From a virus (lineage: Duplodnaviria > Heunggongvirae > Uroviricota > Caudoviricetes), in IMG/VR virus record IMGVR_UViG_2563366980_000008: a stretch of 6,198 nucleotides of DNA; one strand, written 5' to 3'. The stretch's first letter is position 1. Each line of letters begins with the position of its first letter. The position numbers were made by a program, and so were the translations under genes. Of the stretch, positions 1-6,198 are shown piece by piece. The notes under the pieces were generated by a model. It searched no databases, was not told where the DNA came from, and saw only the letters and a list, made by a program, of their open reading frames with translations.

Positions 1-2721
1 CAATACAGCGGTATCTGGGACGGAACGTTTAAGCCAGCATACAGCAACAACATGGCCTGGTGTCTGTGGGATATGCTGACCCATCCGCGCTACGGCATGG
101 GGAAGCGTCTCGGTGCGGCGGATGTGGACAAATGGGCGCTGTATGTCATCGGCCAGAATTGCGACCAGTCGGTGCCGGATGGCTTTGGTGGCACGGAGCC
201 GCGCATCACCTGTAATGCCTGGCTGACCACACAGCGCAAGGCGTGGGATGTTCTCAGTGATTTCTGCTCGGCGATGCGCTGTATGCCGGTATGGAACGGG
301 CAGACGCTGACGTTCGTGCAGGACCGACCGTCGGATAAGGTGTGGACCTATAACCGCAGTAATGTGGTGATGCCGGATGATGGTGCGCCGTTCCGCTACA
401 GCTTCAGCGCCCTGAAAGACCGCCATAATGCTGTTGAGGTGAACTGGATTGACCCGGATAACGGCTGGGAGACGGCGACAGAGCTTGTGGAGGACACGCA
501 GGCCATTGCCCGTTACGGTCGTAACGTCACGAAGATGGATGCCTTTGGCTGTACCAGCCGGGGGCAGGCACACCGCGCCGGGCTGTGGCTGATTAAAACG
601 GAACTGCTGGAGACGCAGACCGTGGATTTCAGCGTGGGTGCTGAAGGGCTTCGCCATGTACCGGGCGATGTCATTGAAATCTGCGATGATGACTATGCCG
701 GTATCAGCACCGGTGGTCGCGTGCTGGCGGTGAACAGCCAGACCCGGACGCTGACGCTCGACCGTGAAATCACGCTGCCATCCTCCGGTACCACGCTGAT
801 AAGCCTGGTTGACGGTCAGGGTAATCCGGTCAGCGTGGAGGTCCAGTCCGTCACCGACGGCGTGAAGGTGAAAGTGAGCCGTGTTCCTGACGGCGTTGCA
901 GAATACAGCGTGTGGGGGCTGAAGCTGCCGACGCTGCGCCAGCGCCTGTTCCGCTGCGTGAGTATCCGTGAGAACGATGACGGCACGTATGCCATCACCG
1001 CCGTGCAGCATGTACCGGAGAAAGAAGCCATCGTGGATAACGGGGCGCACTTTGACGGTGACCAGAGCGGCACGGTGAATGGTGTCACGCCGCCAGCAGT
1101 GCAGCACCTGACCGCCGAAGTCACCGCAGACAGCGGGGAATATCAGGTGCTGGCGCGCTGGGACACGCCGAAGGTGGTGAAGGGGGTGAGCTTTATGCTT
1201 CGCCTGACCGTGGCAGCGGATGACGGCAGTGAGCGGCTGGTCAGCACGGCCCGGACGACGGAAACCACATACCGCTTCAGGCAACTGGCGCTGGGGAACT
1301 ACAGGCTGACAGTCCGGGCGGTAAATGCGTGGGGGCAGCAGGGCGATCCGGCATCGGTATCGTTCCGGATTGCCGCACCGGCAGCGCCGTCGCAGATTGA
1401 GCTGACACCGGGGTATTTTCAGATAACCGCCACGCCGCATCTTGCGGTTTATGATCCGACGGTACAGTTTGAGTTCTGGTTCTCGGAAAAGCGGATTGCG
1501 GATATCAGGCAGGTTGAAACCACAGCACGCTATCTTGGCACGGCGCTGTACTGGATAGCCGCCAGTATCAATATCAAACCGGGCCATGATTATTATTTTT
1601 ACATCCGCAGTGTGAACACCGTTGGCAAATCGGCATTTGTGGAGGCTGTTGGCCAGCCGAGTGATGATGCATCCGGCTATCTGAATTTTTTCAAAGGAGA
1701 GATAGGGAAAACCCATCTGGCTCAGGAGTTGTGGACGCAGATTGATAACGGTCAGCTTGCGCCTGACCTGGCTGAAATCAGGACGTCCATTACGGGTGTC
1801 AGCAATGAAATCACGCAGACCGTCAATAAGAAACTGGAAGACCAGAGTGCAGCGATCCAGCAGATACAGAAGGTTCAGGTTGATACAAATAATAACCTGA
1901 ACAGCATGTGGGCTGTGAAGCTGCAGCAGATGCAGGACGGACGCCTTTATATCGCGGGTATTGGTGCCGGTGTTGAGAATACTCCTGACGGTATGCAGAG
2001 TCAGGTGCTGCTGGCGGCGGACAGGATTGCGATGATTAATCCTGCGAATGGCAACACAAAGCCGATGTTTGTTGGGCAGGGCGATCAGATATTCATGAAC
2101 GAAGTGTTCCTGAAATATCTGACGGCTCCCACCATTACCAGCGGTGGCAATCCCCCAACGTTTTCACTGACACCTGATGGTCGACTTTCTGCGAAAAATG
2201 CGGATATCAGCGGTAACGTGAACGCGAACTCCGGGACGCTCAACAACGTCACGATTAATCAGAACTGTCGGATTCTGGGAAAACTGTCAGCTAACCAGAT
2301 TGAAGGTGATATTGTCAAAACGGTGGGAAAAGCCTTTCCGAGAAATGGCAGTTATGCCAGCGGTACAATAACGGTCACTGTGTACGATGACCAGGCTTTT
2401 GACCGTCAGATAGTAGTCCCCCCCGTTCTGTTTCGTGGGGGTAAGCATGAAAACTTCAACAGCAACAACCAACAGTCATACTGGTATTCAACCTGTAAGC
2501 TGCAGGTACTGAAGAACGGACAGGAAATCTTTCAGCAACCCGCGACGGATGTCAGCAGGGTATTTTCATCAGTCATTGATATGCCTGCCGGACACGGCCA
2601 TGTCACCCTGACTTTCAATGTTTCTTCATATGGTGCTAATAACTGGACGCCAACGACCAGTATCAGCGACCTTCTTGTTGTTGTGATGAAGAAATCTACA
2701 GCCGGTATCAGTATCAGTTGA
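1..2721 (+). CDS. J: Host specificity / tail tip central fibre protein J, C-terminal ~906 codons (5' partial; gene continues upstream of window)
   Basis: Frame 1 is open from position 1 ([17 protein letters not shown] precedes the first Met at 52) and ends at TGA 2719-2721. The size, the central region of fibronectin-III-like repeats (about aa 340-540 of the ORF) and the position directly upstream of an Stf-like gene match the lambda J family, recognised from memory. Internal reverse-strand ORFs are treated as artefacts. Confidence 0.88.
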   Translation, partial: QYSGIWDGTFKPAYSNNMAWCLWDMLTHPRYGMGKRLGAADVDKWALYVIGQNCDQSVPDGFGGTEPRITCNAWLTTQRKAWDVLSDFCSAMRCMPVWNGQTLTFVQDRPSDKVWTYNRSNVVMPDDGAPFRYSFSALKDRHNAVEVNWIDPDNGWETATELVEDTQAIARYGRNVTKMDAFGCTSRGQAHRAGLWLIKTELLETQTVDFSVGAEGLRHVPGDVIEICDDDYAGISTGGRVLAVNSQTRTLTLDREITLPSSGTTLISLVDGQGNPVSVEVQSVTDGVKVKVSRVPDGVAEYSVWGLKLPTLRQRLFRCVSIRENDDGTYAITAVQHVPEKEAIVDNGAHFDGDQSGTVNGVTPPAVQHLTAEVTADSGEYQVLARWDTPKVVKGVSFMLRLTVAADDGSERLVSTARTTETTYRFRQLALGNYRLTVRAVNAWGQQGDPASVSFRIAAPAAPSQIELTPGYFQITATPHLAVYDPTVQFEFWFSEKRIADIRQVETTARYLGTALYWIAASINIKPGHDYYFYIRSVNTVGKSAFVEAVGQPSDDASGYLNFFKGEIGKTHLAQELWTQIDNGQLAPDLAEIRTSITGVSNEITQTVNKKLEDQSAAIQQIQKVQVDTNNNLNSMWAVKLQQMQDGRLYIAGIGAGVENTPDGMQSQVLLAADRIAMINPANGNTKPMFVGQGDQIFMNEVFLKYLTAPTITSGGNPPTFSLTPDGRLSAKNADISGNVNANSGTLNNVTINQNCRILGKLSANQIEGDIVKTVGKAFPRNGSYASGTITVTVYDDQAFDRQIVVPPVLFRGGKHENFNSNNQQSYWYSTCKLQVLKNGQEIFQQPATDVSRVFSSVIDMPAGHGHVTLTFNVSSYGANNWTPTTSISDLLVVVMKKSTAGISIS

Positions 2722-2740
2722 ATTTTATAACCCAGATACG

Positions 2741-2768
2741 GGCGCCAGAAATGGCGCCTTTTTTATTT
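2741..2768 (+). terminator. Rho-independent terminator between J and the fibre gene
   Basis: Perfect 6-bp GC stem ggcgcc (2741-2746), loop agaaat, ggcgcc (2753-2758), followed by the T-tract ttttttattt (2759-2768), 20 bp after the J stop. Confidence 0.7.
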
Positions 2769-2779
2769 GTGGAGTGAAT

Positions 2780-4903
2780 ATGGCAGTACAGATTTCAGGC
2801 GTGCTGAAAGACGGTGCAGGAAAACCGATACAGAACTGCACCATTCAGCTCAAAGCAAAACGTAACAGCACCACGGTTGTGGTGAACACGGTGGCCTCAG
2901 AAAATCCGGATGAAGCCGGACGTTACAGCATGGATGTCGAGTATGGCCAGTACAGCGTTATCCTGCTGGTTGAAGGTTTTCCGCCTTCACATGCCGGGGC
3001 CATCACCGTGTATGAGGATTCTAAGCCGGGGACATTGAATGATTTTCTGGGCGCTGCAACAGAAGATGATGTTCGTCCGGAGGCACTGTATCGTTTTGAA
3101 AAGATGGTGGAAGAGGTGGCACGCAACGCTGAAGCCGCCTCTCAGAGCGCAGCGGCAGCAAAGAAATCAGAAACAGCAGCGGCATCGTCCAGGAATGCGG
3201 CGAAAACATCAGAGACGAATGCAGGTAACAGCGCGAAAGCGGCAGCTTCTTCAAAAACAGCCGCACAAAACGCAGCAACAGCGGCAGAACGTTCAGAGAC
3301 AAATGCCCGTGCGTCAGAAGAAGCCTCCGCAGACAGTGAAGAGGCTTCCCGCCGTAATGCAGAGTCAGCCGCTGAAAATGCCGGAGTCGCCACCACAAAA
3401 GCGCGGGAGGCCGCAGCAGACGCAACAAAGGCCGGGCAGAAAAAGGATGAGGCTCTGTCGGCAGCGACACGGGCTGAAAAGGCGGCAGACCGCGCAGAAG
3501 TCGCAGCGGAAGTGACTGCAGAGCCCTATGCGAATATAGTGCCGCCGCTGCCTGATGTGTGGATACCGTTTAACGATTCACTGGATATGATTGCGGGTTT
3601 TTCTCCGGGCTATAAAAAAATAGCTATTGGTGACGATGTGGTTCAGGTCGCCAGTGATAAACAGGTTAATTTCAGTCGCGCATCAACGGCAACATATATC
3701 AACAAATCTGGCGAACTGAAAACGGCGGAAATTAATGAGCCGCGATTTGAGTGTGATGGCCTGCTTATTGAGGGACAAAGAACGAACTACATGCTCAATT
3801 CGGAAAGTCCAGCCAGCTGGGGGAAGTCATCAAACATGGATGTGCCCGAAACCGGGACAGATAGTTTTGGTTTTACTTATGGAAAGTTTGTCTGCAACGA
3901 TTCTCTGGTTGGGCAAACTTCGGCTATTAATATGGCATCAATTGCTGCAACAAAGTCAGTTGATGTCTCAGGCGATAACAAGTACGTGACAACCTCATGC
4001 CGTTTTAAAACAGAACGACAGGTAAGGTTACGTATACGGTTTGATAAGTATGATGGTAGTGCAACAACTTTTCTTGGCGATGCGTACATTGATACGCAAA
4101 CGCTTGAAATTAATATGACAGGTGGGGCTGCCGGCAGAATTACGGCACGAGTCAGGAAGGATAAGACCACAGGCTGGATTTTTGCAGAGGCAACGATTCA
4201 GGCAATTGATGGTGAGTTAAAAATAGGCTCTCAGATACAGTATTCTCCTGAGCGGGGTGGGGCAACAGTATCTGGTGACTATATTTATCTTGCCACCCCA
4301 CAAGTAGAGAATGGGCCGTGTGTATCATCATTTATTATTTCAGGAGGCAGCGCAACGACAAGAGCCAGTGATTTGGTTAGTATCCCCACCAGAAATAATC
4401 TTTATAAGTTACCATTTACTTTTTTACTTGAGATTCATAAAAACTGGGATATTGCACCAAACGCCGCACCCCGCGTGTGGGATATAGCAGCAGCCAATAC
4501 CGGGCAATCAGCAATTGCAGCAATCAACAGAGGTAGTGGTAAGTTATATATGAGTCTGTCAAACCCTTCAGGCTTGTATGTTAATAGCGCAGCGACAGAT
4601 GTATTTGCAGAGAAAACCACATTTGGATGTATTGCAAAAGCTGATGGTCACTTTCATGTGGTGACAAATGGTAAAGCGGTTAATGAAGTTTATTGTGAAT
4701 ATAATGGTGTGACCGCTGATAAAAATATCCGATTTGGAGGGCAGACGAATACTGGAGAACGACATCTGTTTGGCCATATTCGCAATTTCCGCATATGGCA
4801 TAAAGAATTAAATGACAGGCAAGGTAATGACTCCAACTTATTGATAGTGTTTTATGTTCAGATAATGCCCGATGACTTTGTCATGCAGCTCCACCGATTT
4901 TGA
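2780..4903 (+). CDS. stf: Side tail fibre protein (lambda Stf-like N-terminus); 3' end altered by IS1 insertion. Native coding sequence runs to 4822, and the last 27 codons plus stop (4823-4903) are read from IS1
   Basis: N-terminus [38 protein letters not shown]...[16 protein letters not shown]...GFPPSHAG is near-identical to the lambda Stf N-terminal domain as recalled from memory. GGAG at 2771-2774 precedes ATG 2780 by 5 nt. The ORF track starts at in-frame GTG 2774, but ATG 2780 matches the lambda start MAV. The frame crosses the IS1 boundary at 4823 and stops inside IS1 at 4901-4903. Confidence 0.85.
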   Translation: MAVQISGVLKDGAGKPIQNCTIQLKAKRNSTTVVVNTVASENPDEAGRYSMDVEYGQYSVILLVEGFPPSHAGAITVYEDSKPGTLNDFLGAATEDDVRPEALYRFEKMVEEVARNAEAASQSAAAAKKSETAAASSRNAAKTSETNAGNSAKAAASSKTAAQNAATAAERSETNARASEEASADSEEASRRNAESAAENAGVATTKAREAAADATKAGQKKDEALSAATRAEKAADRAEVAAEVTAEPYANIVPPLPDVWIPFNDSLDMIAGFSPGYKKIAIGDDVVQVASDKQVNFSRASTATYINKSGELKTAEINEPRFECDGLLIEGQRTNYMLNSESPASWGKSSNMDVPETGTDSFGFTYGKFVCNDSLVGQTSAINMASIAATKSVDVSGDNKYVTTSCRFKTERQVRLRIRFDKYDGSATTFLGDAYIDTQTLEINMTGGAAGRITARVRKDKTTGWIFAEATIQAIDGELKIGSQIQYSPERGGATVSGDYIYLATPQVENGPCVSSFIISGGSATTRASDLVSIPTRNNLYKLPFTFLLEIHKNWDIAPNAAPRVWDIAAANTGQSAIAAINRGSGKLYMSLSNPSGLYVNSAATDVFAEKTTFGCIAKADGHFHVVTNGKAVNEVYCEYNGVTADKNIRFGGQTNTGERHLFGHIRNFRIWHKELNDRQGNDSNLLIVFYVQIMPDDFVMQLHRF
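3130..3520 (+). repeat. Ala/Ser/Thr-rich degenerate repeat region (fibre shaft) inside stf
   Basis: Translation is low-complexity: [58 protein letters not shown]... with recurring SETNA motifs. Nucleotide near-repeats tcagagacgaatgc (3209-3222) and tcagagacaaatgc (3293-3306) lie 84 bp (28 codons) apart. The high-GC repetitive sequence generates spurious ORFs in other frames on both strands. Confidence 0.65.
4814..4822. repeat. 9-bp target site duplication (left copy) of IS1: gacaggcaa
   Basis: gacaggcaa lies immediately outside the IS1 end at 4823, and the identical 9-mer lies immediately outside the other end at 5591-5599. IS1 typically generates 8-9 bp duplications. Confidence 0.93.
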
Positions 4904-5341
4904 GAACGACAGCGACTTCCGTCCCAGCCGTGCCAGGTGCTGCCTCAGATTCAGGTTATGCCGCTCAATTCGCTGCGTATATCGCTTGCTGATTACGTGC
5001 AGCTTTCCCTTCAGGCGGGATTCATACAGCGGCCAGCCATCCGTCATCCATATCACCACGTCAAAGGGTGACAGCAGGCTCATAAGACGCCCCAGCGTCG
5101 CCATAGTGCGTTCACCGAATACGTGCGCAACAACCGTCTTCCGGAGCCTGTCATACGCGTAAAACAGCCAGCGCTGGCGCGATTTAGCCCCGACATAGCC
5201 CCACTGTTCGTCCATTTCAGCGCAGACAATCACATCACTGCCCGGCTGTATGCGCGAGGTTACCGACTGCGGCCTGAGTTTTTTAAGTGACGTAAAATCG
5301 TGTTGAGGCCAACGCCCATAATGCGGGCTGTTGCCCGGCAT
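4838..5341 (-). CDS. insB: IS1 InsB (InsB' frame; functional transposase is the InsAB' fusion made by -1 frameshifting)
   Basis: 167-aa [67 protein letters not shown]... matches IS1 InsB. It is in the -1 frame relative to insA and overlaps its 3' end. Confidence 0.95.
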   Translation of the reverse strand: MPGNSPHYGRWPQHDFTSLKKLRPQSVTSRIQPGSDVIVCAEMDEQWGYVGAKSRQRWLFYAYDRLRKTVVAHVFGERTMATLGRLMSLLSPFDVVIWMTDGWPLYESRLKGKLHVISKRYTQRIERHNLNLRQHLARLGRKSLSFSKSVELHDKVIGHYLNIKHYQ

Positions 5342-5535
5342 CCAACGCCATTCATGGCCATATCAATGATTTTCTGGTACGTACCGGGTTGAGAAGCGGT
5401 GTAAGTGAACTGCAGTTGCCATGTTTTACGGCAGTGAGAGCAGAGATAGCGCTGATGTCCGGCGGTGCTTTTGCCGTTACGCACCACCCCGTCAGTAGCT
5501 GAACAGGAGGGACAGCTGATAGAAACAGAAGCCAC
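5260..5535 (-). CDS. insA: IS1 InsA (transposition inhibitor / N-terminal part of the InsAB' transposase)
   Basis: 91-aa ORF with a zinc-finger-like CxxC...CxxC N-terminus (CPSCSATDG...CSHCRK) and the C-terminus ...[11 protein letters not shown], matching IS1 InsA from memory. Confidence 0.95.
   Translation of the reverse strand: MASVSISCPSCSATDGVVRNGKSTAGHQRYLCSHCRKTWQLQFTYTASQPGTYQKIIDMAMNGVGCRATARIMGVGLNTILRHLKNSGRSR
5278..5284 (-). other. IS1 programmed -1 ribosomal frameshift motif A6C (AAAAAAC) at the insA/insB' overlap
   Basis: On the - strand the insA codons read CAC TTA AAA AAC TCA (H-L-K-N-S); the + strand shows gtttttt at 5278-5284. This is the slippery heptamer known to produce InsAB' in IS1. 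Confidence 0.85.
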
Positions 5536-5590
5536 TGGAGCACCTCAAAAACACCATCATACACTAAATCAGTAAGTTGGCAGCATCACC

Positions 5591-5599
5591 GACAGGCAA
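5591..5599. repeat. 9-bp target site duplication (right copy) of IS1: gacaggcaa
   Basis: Identical to 4814-4822 and directly abutting the IS1 terminus at 5590. Confidence 0.93.
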
Positions 5600-5613
5600 T
5601 TAAAAGAGGTCGT

Positions 5614-5892
5614 ATGAAAGATTTAACTTTGAAGTTTCATGACAAACTGCAGTTTAAGGCCTTCCTGTCATCTCTTGACTGGGAGGAGGATGAAGACCTC
5701 CAGAATAAACTGTTAGTCGATGAAATTGGTTTCACCTACACAGAAACAGGGGTAACAGAAGAGGGAGAACCTGTCTGTGTCCGGAATGACGGTTATTTTG
5801 TCAACATTCGCATTCTTGATGACTTGTTTGATGTTTCTGTATTCTCTGATTATGTCGTGGAGCTGGAAACACCGCTTCGGGAATGGAGCTGA
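5614..5892 (+). CDS. Hypothetical acidic 92-aa protein, unrecognised; originally translationally coupled to the fibre gene
   Basis: ATG 5614 is preceded by AAGAGG (5603-5608) and the ORF ends at TGA 5890-5892. The protein is rich in D/E (WEEDEDLQNKLLVDEIG..., TEEGEP...), has no predicted transmembrane segment, and matches no family I can recognise by eye. With IS1 and one target-duplication copy removed, the fibre stop TGA (5615-5617) overlaps this ATG as ATGA. Confidence 0.6.
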   Translation: MKDLTLKFHDKLQFKAFLSSLDWEEDEDLQNKLLVDEIGFTYTETGVTEEGEPVCVRNDGYFVNIRILDDLFDVSVFSDYVVELETPLREWS

Positions 5893-5904
5893 AAGGAGGA
5901 AATA

Positions 5905-6198
5905 ATGGATATAAGCCCCTTACTTCATGCGCTTTGTGCTGTGGCTGCGCAGATACTGGTTGGTCTTTTTACCGGAAACTGGGCTTACGGAGCGATAGCC
6001 GGTTGTACGTTCTTCATTGCGCGTGAACATACCCAGGCAGAATATCGCTGGATTGAAATGTTCGGGCATGGCAAGCGAATGAATATGCCGTGGTGGGGCG
6101 GTTTTGATCCGCGAGCTTGGGATGTGGCAAGCCTGATGGATTTTGCTGTGCCGGTGGTGGCGTGTCTGCTGGTCTGGCTGTTGGTTAATCGTGGGTGA
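5905..6198 (+). CDS. Hypothetical small membrane protein (97 aa, about 2 predicted transmembrane segments), unrecognised
   Basis: Strong Shine-Dalgarno AGGAGG (5894-5899) precedes ATG 5905 and the stop TGA is at 6196-6198, the window edge. Hydrophobic stretches LLHALCAVAAQILVGLFTGNWAYGAIAGCTFFIA and LMDFAVPVVACLLVWLLV flank a Trp-rich loop (EYRWIEMFGHGKRMNMPWWGGFDPRAWD). The start is 12 bp after the previous stop, so the two genes are likely co-transcribed. Confidence 0.6.
   Translation: MDISPLLHALCAVAAQILVGLFTGNWAYGAIAGCTFFIAREHTQAEYRWIEMFGHGKRMNMPWWGGFDPRAWDVASLMDFAVPVVACLLVWLLVNRG

Larger units (their letters stand above)
4823..5590 (-). mobile_element. IS1: IS1 insertion sequence, complete (768 bp), transposase genes on the - strand
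   Basis: Terminal inverted repeats seen directly: ggtaatgactccaacttattgat at 4823-4845 and atcagtaagttggcagcatcacc at 5568-5590 (reverse complement ggtgatgctgccaacttactgat; 18/23 match between the two ends). Encodes canonical InsA (91 aa, [22 protein letters not shown]...) and InsB (167 aa). Length is exactly 768 bp. Confidence 0.97.

Noticed and set aside
2418-2441. C7 tract (2418-2424) and G5 tract (2437-2441) inside J as a possible phase-variation site or hairpin
   Set aside because: The homopolymers are short for efficient slipped-strand switching, the frame is intact through them (encoding [10 protein letters not shown]), and the potential stem is only about 5 bp of C:G. Most likely this reflects Pro/Gly codons.
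816-2472. Reverse-strand ORFs 816..1124 and 2287..2472 inside J
   Set aside because: Short antisense ORFs embedded in a long, well-supported coding frame, with no ribosome-binding site or recognisable product.
2718-2760. A promoter for the fibre gene in the J-fibre spacer (ttgaat-like hexamer near 2718)
   Set aside because: I could not find a convincing -10 hexamer at appropriate spacing, and the region is dominated by the terminator hairpin. This cannot be supported by eye.
2774-2776. GTG start at 2774 for the fibre gene, as in the ORF track (MNMAVQ...)
   Set aside because: ATG at 2780 has better spacing from the GGAG at 2771-2774 and gives the N-terminus MAVQISG..., matching the lambda Stf start. 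GTG 2774 overlaps the Shine-Dalgarno itself.
3021-3515. Three overlapping ORFs in other frames and strands (3021..3470 -, 3039..3515 +, 3142..3396 -) within the Ala-rich part of the fibre gene
   Set aside because: They lie wholly inside the well-supported fibre frame, within high-GC repetitive sequence that keeps several frames open by chance. Their translations are low-complexity (Arg/Gln-rich, Leu/Pro-rich or poly-Ala) with no start signals.
2923-4801. Small ORFs inside the fibre gene (2923..3126 -, 3735..3989 +, 3877..4170 -, 4435..4620 -, 4568..4801 -)
   Set aside because: All are nested in the fibre coding frame and most are antisense. Their composition is consistent with chance open frames.
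4872-5564. ORFs 4872..5162 (+) and 5352..5564 (-) inside IS1
   Set aside because: IS1 is known to encode only insA, insB' and the InsAB' fusion. These are alternative-frame or antisense open frames within the element.
1-6198. CRISPR arrays, tRNA/rRNA genes, integrase or attachment sites
   Set aside because: No regularly spaced direct repeats, no tRNA-like cloverleaf candidates and no recombinase-like ORFs were seen. The only repeats are the IS1 inverted repeats, its target duplication and the degenerate shaft repeats.

Overview
This window is the distal tail-fibre end of a lambda-like (lambdoid siphovirus) phage or prophage from an enterobacterial host; all calls rest on reading the ORF translations and sequence by eye, with no database search run. 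It contains, in order on the + strand: the 3' 2.7 kb of a host-specificity protein J gene (5' end lies upstream of the window), an intrinsic terminator, and a side-tail-fibre (Stf-like) gene that starts immediately after J with no lom-like gene in between. The fibre gene is mosaic: a lambda-Stf-like N-terminus, an Ala/Ser/Thr-rich repeat shaft, and a lower-GC distal domain with a LamG/concanavalin-like signature. A complete 768-bp IS1 element (insA, insB, A6C frameshift site, 23-bp terminal inverted repeats) sits on the - strand, inserted five codons before the native fibre stop and flanked by a perfect 9-bp target duplication. Downstream are two small unrecognised genes: an acidic 92-aa protein whose start overlapped the pre-insertion fibre stop (ATGA), and a 97-aa predicted membrane protein. 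These two are the best candidate here for an undescribed module, either a non-canonical fibre chaperone or a superinfection-exclusion/defence cargo, but nothing in the sequence alone proves a function. No tRNA, rRNA or CRISPR array is present.
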